Translations under genes and position numbers: made by a program
Shown: positions 17,952-26,047 of the stretch, piece by piece
How positions within the stretch are numbered: the stretch's first letter is position 1
Layout: each line of letters begins with the position of its first letter
Assembly: GCF_900083515.1 (NCBI RefSeq)
Contig: NZ_LT671858.1
Coordinates: 1,500,001 to 1,532,000, forward strand
Source of the DNA: Cuniculiplasma divulgatum
Lineage (GTDB): Archaea; Thermoplasmatota; Thermoplasmata; Thermoplasmatales; Thermoplasmataceae
Direction of reading: 5' to 3'
DNA length: 32,000 bases
The notes under the pieces: generated by a model
Databases searched by the model: none
Told to the model about the DNA's origin: nothing
The model's input: only the letters and a program-made list of their open reading frames with translations

Positions 17952-18875
17952 TTAAATAAAATCCCAGACATTTTCAGAATAAGGTATTAGATATTTTACA
18001 ATTACCTCATTTTTTGTTTCCTCTGCTACCTGATATAGAATTTTATAGAACTCGTATATTACATCTGTTGGCAGGAATACCGTAACTTCTATTTTTCCTG
18101 AGAGCAACTTGCCAAAATAGGCGATTCTCATTATATGCTGTTCATTTGCCCTGTTTCTTACAAGAAATGGGAAAGGGCTTCTCAACTGCATCTGGTAAAG
18201 ATGACTTTTGGAATCAATAATCTCGAGGTCATCTACCGGCAGGTCACAGAATACTATGGTGTTAATATCCCCCTTCGCTGCTCCGCTGCTCTTAACCTCA
18301 GCAATTATCCTTGGGCTATCAGGAATTTCCCTTGTGTGTATGTCTTCCCTGTTGATTGGTGTTACATATGTTACGATGGAGAGTGGATAATCTTTGTTTA
18401 TATTATTCATCATCTCCATTATGCCAGGACTTGGACCAAGCCATGTGATTCTTGCATTCTTTGAGTTTGGAGCATAGTTTGATAGCAGTTCCGAAACTTT
18501 TTCTATTTGGCTGCTGTGGAATCTGGCATAAACGTTGAGAAAGCCATCCTTCATGTCTGAACCGTTGATTATCAGGGATGGGATTTCTACAAGCTTATCT
18601 ATTAAAATAAGTTCCTTATCATCACTTATAGTGGAGTCCACAACAAATGACATTTCTCTTTCCGATGCGTTGAATTTATTGAGCAGCAGATTTAGTTTCT
18701 GCATTTTACTGTTCTTTGGAAAGTAGGTGCTTATCCATGTTTGGCCATCCTTGTCATATATAAATACCGGGAGTTTCATTTCCAGATCTGCAGTTGCCTT
18801 GAAAAACTCTGTATCCTGTCTAACCTTGAGCTCAAGATACATATCAAGAGTCCTATCTATCTCCCTTATGTACAT
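17952..18875 (-). CDS. Uncharacterised protein, paralogous family member B1
   Basis: 307-aa ORF. It is collinear with the ORF at 20406-21335 and shares the EIPSLIING, WLGPSPGI and HIMRIAYFGKL anchors with the other five family members. Confidence 0.75.
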   Translation of the reverse strand: MYIREIDRTLDMYLELKVRQDTEFFKATADLEMKLPVFIYDKDGQTWISTYFPKNSKMQKLNLLLNKFNASEREMSFVVDSTISDDKELILIDKLVEIPSLIINGSDMKDGFLNVYARFHSSQIEKVSELLSNYAPNSKNARITWLGPSPGIMEMMNNINKDYPLSIVTYVTPINREDIHTREIPDSPRIIAEVKSSGAAKGDINTIVFCDLPVDDLEIIDSKSHLYQMQLRSPFPFLVRNRANEQHIMRIAYFGKLLSGKIEVTVFLPTDVIYEFYKILYQVAEETKNEVIVKYLIPYSENVWDFI

Positions 18876-19198
18876 ATCACGTTATGCATTACATGGTTTT
18901 AATTCTTTTTGAGCAATTCTATTAAGATCACTTCATTATAATGAAACAGTTTTCCCTTTAACATAAACATTTCTTTAGATTAGAATAATCACATTGCAGA
19001 TTTTCATTATATTATAAAAGGAAATATTATTTGATTGTACTATTTATGTTTCTAATTATATTTAGAAGATTAGTAGAATTTGAGTCAAAAATGATCAAAA
19101 CTCTTATAAAATGAATGTAGGCCTTCATCAAATTTTAAAATAATAAGTAGAAAAAGAAAGACTTTAATGACAATATTTACCATTGCCAGCATCTGCAG

Positions 19199-19207
19199 TT
19201 TTAAAAG
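19199..19207 (+). promoter_or_regulatory. TATA box candidate for paralogue A1
   Basis: TTTTAAAAG is centred ~30-38 nt upstream of the TTG (19235) and ATG (19241) starts, implying a very short leader. Confidence 0.35.
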
Positions 19208-19240
19208 ACATATTATACTAGTAATGAATGCAATTTGTAT

Positions 19241-20176
19241 ATGGGAAAGGGCACACAGTTTAAGGAACTTGACCTTCTTGACTGGAAACTTCATATTTCG
19301 TTCTCTCCCGAATCAGCCATAACGAGGGCTTCCAGAAAGCTCAAGATAAACTCTGAAGTTGGGTTGTATTTTGATGGACAAAACACAGAAATAAACCTAT
19401 TTTTTCAAAACAGAAGGGAAATGGAAAGAGATTTAAATATATTCTTGCGTGAATCTGACGGCTTTCTAGAAAATGAAATATGGAGAGTAAGAAGAAGTAT
19501 TGTGAAGAGATTTGAATATGTTGAACTAATAAAATCACTTCTGGAAATTCCATCATTTGTTTTGATTTCAATATGGATCAGGGATGGGATTTTTCATACA
19601 CAGTTTATCTTCAACAGTTCACAGTCAAATAAGGCCTCTGATATAATACTCGGAAAACTTAGTACCATTGAGGAGGGAAAGCTGGAATATGTGGGTCCTA
19701 ATAATGGCTTTGCTGGAATTTTGGACGAGATAGACCAGCGCTGTGAACTTTCAATTGCACAGTTTGAACTCCTTCCACCCAAAAAAGAGATGGAAATGCC
19801 AGAAAATCCAATGGGTGATCACTGGTATAGAATTCTAAAGAAGCCATATGGTACTGACCCCATAAGAGGGGTGTATATTATGTCAGAAAAACCATCTAAG
19901 GCAGAGGTTATGACTGAAGTTATAAAAGACAGTGTTTACGAAGCAACAACCGACAATGCGTTCCTGTCGTATTTCGTTTCTGAGATGCATGTGAAGAGAA
20001 TTCCAACCATAGCAGCATTCCAAAAACTCGACAAACCCGTGTTCAATTTATGGATCGTTTTTCCCTCACTGTTCAGAAATGAAATACTTAAAATAGCATC
20101 CGATGCCAGGGAAGACCTTCCAAACTGGCATCCTTCACTCAAATCTCTGGCCTCTTTTAAGGAGATTTTTAATTAA
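19241..20176 (+). CDS. Uncharacterised protein, paralogous family member A1
   Basis: The track ORF starts at TTG 19235, and the first ATG is at 19241. LDWKLHISFSPES...EINLFF, EIPSFVLIS, EYVGPNNGF, NPMGDHWYRILKKPYG and KRIPTIAAFQKL align with A2-A4. The TATA-like TTTTAAAAG at 19199-19207 is correctly spaced. Confidence 0.75.
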   Translation: MGKGTQFKELDLLDWKLHISFSPESAITRASRKLKINSEVGLYFDGQNTEINLFFQNRREMERDLNIFLRESDGFLENEIWRVRRSIVKRFEYVELIKSLLEIPSFVLISIWIRDGIFHTQFIFNSSQSNKASDIILGKLSTIEEGKLEYVGPNNGFAGILDEIDQRCELSIAQFELLPPKKEMEMPENPMGDHWYRILKKPYGTDPIRGVYIMSEKPSKAEVMTEVIKDSVYEATTDNAFLSYFVSEMHVKRIPTIAAFQKLDKPVFNLWIVFPSLFRNEILKIASDAREDLPNWHPSLKSLASFKEIFN

Positions 20177-20405
20177 TTTAGTCATCATTTTTGAGTGATT
20201 GGCACACAAACGTACCATATTATAAGTCATTAAATACCTTAATAGTAATTCATCTCTGCATTTTCTCCTATTGTAGCCTAATTTGCATTTACAAACCTTT
20301 TGCCTTTATGAGTGACTTTTGCATCATATATTTATCATTTACTGGAGAATTATTCATAACCTATAAAATAGTAACTATTTAATACTATTGAGGAAATAGG
20401 ATCAC

Positions 20406-21335
20406 ATGCACTTCGCTGACATTGACAAAATTTTGGATCGAAGAATGGTCCTGACAATGAAACAGGATAATGAGATTTTTCTGGCATCCAGGGAAATCGA
20501 GGCAAGGATTCCCATAAATATTCTTGAGGAAGGGGATAAAAAATATATGCTTATAAATTTTCCGAGTTCTTTCGGTGAGGTACAGAAGAACAGAATTTTC
20601 TTGAAGAAATATGATGCAAAAAATATTGGTTCACATTATGTCATAAGGGAGAGAATCAATCACGTTGAAAAATGGAAATATATTCAGGAGATTATGAATT
20701 TACCATCAGTGGTTGTTAACAGGATAAATCTGAAGGGAGGTCTCATAGCTTTCTATTTCAGGTATCACCATTCTGTAAAGAATAAAATTTCTAACATTCT
20801 CTCAAATTATACAGATGGAGATGATGGGCAGATAGAAACAATGGATCCATCACCTGGAATATTGAAAATTCTTGACAGACTTGATCAGTTTTATTCTCTC
20901 GGAATGGTTCAGGTTTCCATTCCTCTTACTGAAGAAGAAAGAACTTTAGTAGGATTTGTAAGAGACGATTTCATAGGAGAAAGTACTAATAATTTAATTT
21001 CTGGGAATGGCATTAATGCCATTGTCTATACGGGTGAAACTGTTGAGAATCCACAGTTAAATGAAATCTATGGAGAATCTGGGCTATATGGAATGAACTT
21101 AAAAGATAACACTCTTCAGGGATGGAGAGAAAAATTGAACAGGATACCGGTAATAAGGTTCAGACAATTCTTACGAATTCGAAATAATGATCTACACATA
21201 CTTACACTTCTTCCATATTCACAAACAGACCTTGCCTACAGGGCATTCTTTGAAGAGATATGTGAAAGTAACAGGCATAATGCAACCCTGGATTTCGTGT
21301 CTAAATATGATAGAAGCGTAATATTGGATTTCTGA
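20406..21335 (+). CDS. Uncharacterised protein, paralogous family member B2
   Basis: 309-aa ORF. Its N-terminus MHFADIDKILDRRMVLTMKQDNEIF matches MYIREIDRTLDMYLELKVRQDTEFF of B1. The anchors NLPSVVVNR, MDPSPGI and NRIPVIRFRQFL are present. AGGAT lies 5 nt upstream of the ATG. Confidence 0.75.
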   Translation: MHFADIDKILDRRMVLTMKQDNEIFLASREIEARIPINILEEGDKKYMLINFPSSFGEVQKNRIFLKKYDAKNIGSHYVIRERINHVEKWKYIQEIMNLPSVVVNRINLKGGLIAFYFRYHHSVKNKISNILSNYTDGDDGQIETMDPSPGILKILDRLDQFYSLGMVQVSIPLTEEERTLVGFVRDDFIGESTNNLISGNGINAIVYTGETVENPQLNEIYGESGLYGMNLKDNTLQGWREKLNRIPVIRFRQFLRIRNNDLHILTLLPYSQTDLAYRAFFEEICESNRHNATLDFVSKYDRSVILDF

Positions 21336-21337
21336 TA

Positions 21338-21378
21338 TTTTTTAAATTCCATAGAATTAATGAAATATTCTTTTTTTT
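21338..21378 (+). terminator. Oligo-T tracts (T6 at 21338-21343, T8 at 21371-21378) downstream of B2
   Basis: Archaeal termination commonly uses oligo-T on the coding strand. Both tracts lie between the B2 stop (21335) and the M20 start (21423). Confidence 0.35.
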
Positions 21379-21422
21379 AAATAGGATTAAAATATTTCTT
21401 ATTCATTCATTAACTGATTGTG

Positions 21423-22598
21423 ATGAATGTTGATGAAGCCTTAGATAAATTATTTCCAGATGTAATTGATTTGTCTAAAAAAATTTATAGTTATGCTGAG
21501 CTTGGAAGTGACGAGATAAAATCTTCCAGGGTATTATCTGAGTATCTGGAGAAAAGAGGATTCAGGGTAGAGAGAAATTACAGGGATATGAAAACAGCTT
21601 TCAGGGCTGACAATGGGCATAAAGGATTGAGGGTAGGACTTCTTGCAGAGTATGATGCACTTCCTAATGGCCATTCATGTGGGCATAATCTTATTTCCGC
21701 ATGGGCGGCAGGAACCGCTGTCGTACTAAATCTTCTTGGAGAGAATATAAATATAAAAGTTTATGGAACACCCTCTGAGGAGGCCATTGGTCCATATGCG
21801 GGAAGTAAATGTTTGCTTGCAGATATGGGATCATTCAAAGATACGGATTTTGTACTGGGCGTACATCCTGATGATAGATGGGCTGTCGGATCAAAGGCTC
21901 TGGCGGATATTACACTGGAACTTAGATTCCATGGAAAATCTGCCCATGGAGCTGACTCACCTGAAAAAGGCATAAATGCACTGGATGCTGCTGTTGCAAC
22001 TTACAATGTAATAAATAGCTTAAGGGGTTGGGCAAAGCTTGACAAACACCTTGTTGTTGGAATGATATTCACAGAATCTGGAAGGGCGACAAATGTAATT
22101 CCAGAAAGGGCAACCTTGCAGGTGGAAATGAGATCAACTTCAACTGAATTCCTTGGTAAATTCGAGAATAAGGTAAGAGATGCGGCCATGGGAGTAGCCT
22201 CAGCCTATGGTGCTGATATTACAATAGAGCAAATCACCCCACTTTATAAGACATACATAAACAATAGGACATTAAATTCACTGCTAAAGGAAAATCTTGC
22301 AAAAATGAATATTAATGCTGAAGATGCGGGTTCTGAAGAGGGATTTGCTTCTGGTAGTACAGACGAGGCAAATGTAAGCTGGGTTGTTCCCACGGGTCAT
22401 CTTGATTTTCCTATAGGATATCCGGGAATCCCGGGTCATTCCGATGAGTTCAGGGAAGCAGCAAATCCAGATAAGGTTGAAAATGTTTTAAGGAATGCCA
22501 TAAAGGCAACTGCATTAACGATCCTTCAGATAGCCAAAGAAAACAAAATCCGACAAATAAAGGATGAATTTGAGAATAGTGATGGCAATGGACAGTGA
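21423..22598 (+). CDS. M20-family metallo-amidohydrolase (AbgB/amidohydrolase-like)
   Basis: ~391 aa with LLAEYDALPNGHSCGHNLIS (metal-ligand region), FHGKSAHGA and GSTDEANVS, typical of M20 peptidase/amidohydrolases. The ATG at 21423 directly follows the GTG at 21420. Confidence 0.85.
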   Translation: MNVDEALDKLFPDVIDLSKKIYSYAELGSDEIKSSRVLSEYLEKRGFRVERNYRDMKTAFRADNGHKGLRVGLLAEYDALPNGHSCGHNLISAWAAGTAVVLNLLGENINIKVYGTPSEEAIGPYAGSKCLLADMGSFKDTDFVLGVHPDDRWAVGSKALADITLELRFHGKSAHGADSPEKGINALDAAVATYNVINSLRGWAKLDKHLVVGMIFTESGRATNVIPERATLQVEMRSTSTEFLGKFENKVRDAAMGVASAYGADITIEQITPLYKTYINNRTLNSLLKENLAKMNINAEDAGSEEGFASGSTDEANVSWVVPTGHLDFPIGYPGIPGHSDEFREAANPDKVENVLRNAIKATALTILQIAKENKIRQIKDEFENSDGNGQ

Positions 22599-23541
22599 AT
22601 TCAGCGAGGCAGTAGAAATAATAGCTCCACCACATCTTTCTCCAGGTGATGATATAAGGGTAATAGCACCGGCCAGTGCTCCTGATATGAAAAATCTATC
22701 CAAGACCATTGCAAGACTCTCCAAACTTGGATACAGAGTATCTCTGGGAAGAAACATAAGAAGGCTCGTTCAGAGAAATTCTCTTGCTGCACCCATGAGA
22801 GAAAGAGCACAGGAGATAATGGAGGCTTTTCAGGATGACTCAGTAAAGGCAATTGTATGTGCAAGAGGAGGTTACGGTTCAATTCACGTTCTACCATTTC
22901 TCGATTATGATCTCATAAAAAGTCATCCCAAGATCTTTATGGGATACAGCGATATTACTGCTCTTCACATGGCATTTAACAAGCTTTCTGGGCTAATCAC
23001 CTTTCATGGTCCAATGGCTGCTTCTGATCCGGATGAATTCCATAAGTCATCATTCAAATTGCTTGTGGATATACTGAATGGACAGTCGAGCGATATTTCC
23101 GGATTCGTGGAGAATGTTGTTAAATATATCCACAAGGGAAAGGTTGTTGGAAGATCAATTGGCACGAACATATCTGTTGCAATATCTCTAATAGGCACTC
23201 CATATATGCCCTCAACTGCAGGCAGAATACTTTTTGCAGAGGATACTGCAATTACTTCTGGTGATCTCGACAGGTATTTTTCAGTACTGAACCTAACAGG
23301 ATACCTGCAGGAATTTGCAGGTTTTGCCTTCGGGGAATTCAAGCAGATAAATAGCAACGAGGAGCCAATGCCGTATATCGAAGATATTATCCAGCAATAC
23401 ATGGATCAGCTGAAAAAACCTTCTATTTATGGGCTTCCTTTTGGCCATGGGGAGGACCAGATGCTTATTCCACTAAACGCAAAAATGTCCATTTCTTCAG
23501 AGACCCCTTATGTGACCCTTGAGCAGGACATAGTGAATTAG
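22564..23541 (+). CDS. S66-family LD-carboxypeptidase (LdcA/MccF-like)
   Basis: Contains IRVIAPAS, ARGGYGS, MGYSDITALH (Ser nucleophile context), FAEDT and PFGHG (His). The first ATG (22564) overlaps the M20 gene by 35 nt. In-frame ATGs at 22582 and 22588 also overlap it. Confidence 0.85.
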   Translation: MNLRIVMAMDSEFSEAVEIIAPPHLSPGDDIRVIAPASAPDMKNLSKTIARLSKLGYRVSLGRNIRRLVQRNSLAAPMRERAQEIMEAFQDDSVKAIVCARGGYGSIHVLPFLDYDLIKSHPKIFMGYSDITALHMAFNKLSGLITFHGPMAASDPDEFHKSSFKLLVDILNGQSSDISGFVENVVKYIHKGKVVGRSIGTNISVAISLIGTPYMPSTAGRILFAEDTAITSGDLDRYFSVLNLTGYLQEFAGFAFGEFKQINSNEEPMPYIEDIIQQYMDQLKKPSIYGLPFGHGEDQMLIPLNAKMSISSETPYVTLEQDIVN

Positions 23542-23625
23542 CAACAATATAGCATTAAACCATTCATTAAAATAAAGTATTACCAAATATGTAAGCGCCC
23601 AAATTTAAATTAATCTACACCATTA

Positions 23626-24072
23626 ATGGTTATGTCCCTCAGGAATTCGGATAATTTCTATGCTATTATGTTTACAGTAACATCATTTATTTACCTTATA
23701 ACTGGAACGATCCTTCTATCAACAGGATTTGTATGGGATTTTCCCACATCTCATAGGGACCCTGTGTTTATTCTACTATTTTTTGGATTTGCAGTAATGA
23801 TAGTATTTGGAATGTCGTATATTTTGATTCCAAACCTAATGAATTTTAAAGTTAGACAGACAATGACCAAAATTCAATACTTTATTTACAACATAGGATT
23901 GATAATATCATTCCTTTCTATGGAATTAAGTCTTAACAATTTCAAAAGTTATTTTATTTCAACTCTATTAGTTCTTGGACTGATTCTTTTAATTATTTCT
24001 ATTGCCATTCATGTCTGGAACATATCAGGAGTTAAACACTCTACCATTGGATCTGGAAGAGAATCTCCTTAA
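23626..24072 (+). CDS. Hypothetical integral membrane protein (about 4 TM helices)
   Basis: 148-aa ORF, strongly hydrophobic with four ~20-aa segments. I recognise no family. Confidence 0.6.
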   Translation: MVMSLRNSDNFYAIMFTVTSFIYLITGTILLSTGFVWDFPTSHRDPVFILLFFGFAVMIVFGMSYILIPNLMNFKVRQTMTKIQYFIYNIGLIISFLSMELSLNNFKSYFISTLLVLGLILLIISIAIHVWNISGVKHSTIGSGRESP

Positions 24073-24187
24073 GGCAATATTACATATAATCACGTTTCTT
24101 CCAATAATTTCTATCAGGTAATACGTCCATGATACAGTAATTCGCAAATCATATCTTATACGGTATCATGGGTTGTGAGTGATACTA

Positions 24188-24379
24188 TTAATTCCTGTAA
24201 TCCTCAACTTCCTCCAGTGATCTGTTCACAAGATCTGTTATAGAAGTTGAGTCCTGCATTTCATGGAATCTCTGGGCATGTGCTCTTGCGTGTTCTTCTG
24301 CCTCTTCCCTTGTCTTTGCAATAACCTCGTAATCGCATTCTTTTCCCGTTGACCTGCATCTAAATCTAAATCTTGACAT
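24188..24379 (-). CDS. DUF1059-like small protein
   Basis: 63 aa. FRCRSTGKECDYEVIAKTREEAEEHARAHAQRFHEM matches the DUF1059 pattern (xFxCxDxGxxCxFE...eE....HaxxxHxM). Confidence 0.7.
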   Translation of the reverse strand: MSRFRFRCRSTGKECDYEVIAKTREEAEEHARAHAQRFHEMQDSTSITDLVNRSLEEVEDYRN

Positions 24380-24522
24380 TGTTTACTGTAAACCTAACTA
24401 TGTTAAAAATTTTGTTATAACATAATTAATATATTTAGGTTGATTCGCTCATTCATTGTGAGATTATGTTGAATTTCTGAATCACTTCATAAGTGTTAAA
24501 TTCCTTGAAATCAATCACATCC

Positions 24523-26034
24523 ATGGAAGATGGGATAATTGAGATAGATGGATTCAATTTAAATCTTGAAAAATACCAGGATATTGTTTTGAATAAGAAA
24601 AGGGTTGGAATTTCAGATAAAGCACGAACGAATATCCAAAAATCAAGAGTTTCCCTGGAGAAACTAATTGCATCCGGAAAAAACATTTATGGGGTTAACA
24701 CGGGATTTGGAAGCCTGCTGAACAGGAAGATCAGGCCTGAGGAGGAGAGACAGCTACAGGTTAACCTAATAAGAAGCCATTCAGCCGGATTTGGAAAACC
24801 ACTAAGTGAAGAAAAGGTAAGGGGTATAATGCTGGTAAGGGCAAACAGTCTCTGCAGGGGACAATCAGGATGCACAGTGGAACTTGTCCAGAAAATTATG
24901 GATTTTCTTAACTCTGGAATATGTCCCTATGTTCCTGAATTTGGATCTGTTGGTTCAAGTGGAGATCTTGCACCATTATCCCACATAATGCTAGCAATGA
25001 TGGGCGAAGGTGAGATTTTGGATAATGGAATAAGAAAGAATGCATCCACTGTACTAAAGGAGAAACACATCAAGCCCTATGAACTCAGAGAAAAGGAGGC
25101 ACTTGCTTTTAACAATGGAACTGCTGCAATCACAGGAATTGGTATGTTAGAACTGATCAGGGCTAAGAATAATCTTGCCCTTGCAACTGGATCTGCCATT
25201 CTTTCAATGGAAGCCTTAGGTGCAACCAGAAAGGCATTCACACCATGGGTACTGAAGGCAAGAGATCAGCCCGGACAGGCAAAAATAGGAAATGCACTGT
25301 ATACAAGACTTGGTGGAAGTGCCAGTATCGAAGAGGGCGACAGAAGCAGGATTCAGGATGCATACACCATCAGGTGCACGCCACAGGTTTTCGGAGCTGT
25401 TCTTGATACCATAAATTATGTTGAATCAGTGCTTGTAAGAGAGATGAATTCAACCACAGATAATCCGTTGATTAATGATGAAGAATACATTTCTGCCGGA
25501 AATTTTCATGGTGAACCTGTTGCCCTTGTTTGTGATTTTCTGGCAATTGCACTTACTGATCTTGGTAACATGATAGAGAGAAGGATCGCCAGAATTACAG
25601 ATGAGAATCTCAGTGGCCTGGATGCTTTCCTTGTAAGGAATAGTGGCCTTAATTCTGGTTTCATGATTGCACAGTACACAGCAGCAGCGTTATGCAACAG
25701 GAACAAGATTCTTGTATATCCAGGATCTGCAGATACCATACCTACATGTGCAAATCAGGAGGATCATGTTAGCATGGGTGCAAACTCAGCAAACAAGCTT
25801 TCCGAAATTAATGACAACCTTAACAGGATTATATCTACTGAATATGTGCTAGCCATACAGGGAATGGATCTAAAGAACAGTAAATACTCAGAATTTTCAG
25901 AAAGAATCAGAAGAGAAACAAGAAAATATATATCTTTTCTGGAACAGGACCGTCCGATCTACAGGGATATGGATAGAATGCAGGAGGTCATGAATGGGTT
26001 TGAAATGGATATATACAGAGATATATTTTACTGA
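24523..26034 (+). CDS. hutH: Histidine ammonia-lyase
   Basis: Contains YGVNTGFGSL, NLIRSHSAG (the Ser-His pair typical of HAL) and the MIO-loop region GSVGSSGDLAPLSH. NQEDHVSMG is also present. The track ORF begins at GTG 24493, and the first ATG is at 24523 (MEDGIIEIDG). Confidence 0.9.
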   Translation: MEDGIIEIDGFNLNLEKYQDIVLNKKRVGISDKARTNIQKSRVSLEKLIASGKNIYGVNTGFGSLLNRKIRPEEERQLQVNLIRSHSAGFGKPLSEEKVRGIMLVRANSLCRGQSGCTVELVQKIMDFLNSGICPYVPEFGSVGSSGDLAPLSHIMLAMMGEGEILDNGIRKNASTVLKEKHIKPYELREKEALAFNNGTAAITGIGMLELIRAKNNLALATGSAILSMEALGATRKAFTPWVLKARDQPGQAKIGNALYTRLGGSASIEEGDRSRIQDAYTIRCTPQVFGAVLDTINYVESVLVREMNSTTDNPLINDEEYISAGNFHGEPVALVCDFLAIALTDLGNMIERRIARITDENLSGLDAFLVRNSGLNSGFMIAQYTAAALCNRNKILVYPGSADTIPTCANQEDHVSMGANSANKLSEINDNLNRIISTEYVLAIQGMDLKNSKYSEFSERIRRETRKYISFLEQDRPIYRDMDRMQEVMNGFEMDIYRDIFY

Positions 26035-26047
26035 ACCCTGAAGATAA

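Noticed and set aside
18291-18323. A PD-x6-E-V-K string (IPDSPRIIAEVK) in B1, directly upstream of the orphan methyltransferase. It is tempting as a PD-(D/E)xK restriction nuclease motif.
   Set aside because: It is not conserved at the equivalent position of the closest paralogue B2 (IPLTEEERTLVGF), nor in the type A copies. B1 is one of six paralogues and sits 356 bp from the methylase. A short motif like this is likely a chance match, though worth a quick check.
19085-20382. Small ORFs in the family spacers: 19085-19294 (-) 69 aa, 19341-19571 (-), 19594-19782 (-), 19936-20142 (-) and 20191-20382 (+) 63 aa.
   Set aside because: They are hydrophobic or low-complexity translations of AT-rich DNA, or lie antisense to A1. 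Some overlap the A1 start or need a non-ATG start, and none has a Shine-Dalgarno site or TATA geometry.
21761-23402. Antisense or alternative-frame ORFs within the M20 and S66 genes (21761-21973 -, 21763-21975 +, 22001-22189 -, 22450-22897 -, 23004-23402 - 132 aa).
   Set aside because: They lie entirely inside two genes with clear family motifs and show no independent signal.
24127-24171. A perfect 9-bp inverted repeat CCATGATAC-N27-GTATCATGG between the convergent 4-TM gene and the DUF1059 gene.
   Set aside because: It could be a bidirectional terminator hairpin. However, the loop is long, archaeal termination relies mainly on oligo-T, and my back-of-envelope estimate is that several 9-bp inverted repeats with loops up to 30 nt arise by chance in 32 kb of AT-rich DNA.
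24453-25852. ORFs antisense to or out of frame with hutH (24453-24686 -, 24687-24875 -, 25506-25739 -, 25667-25852 +).
   Set aside because: They are shadows of a well-supported 500-aa enzyme gene.
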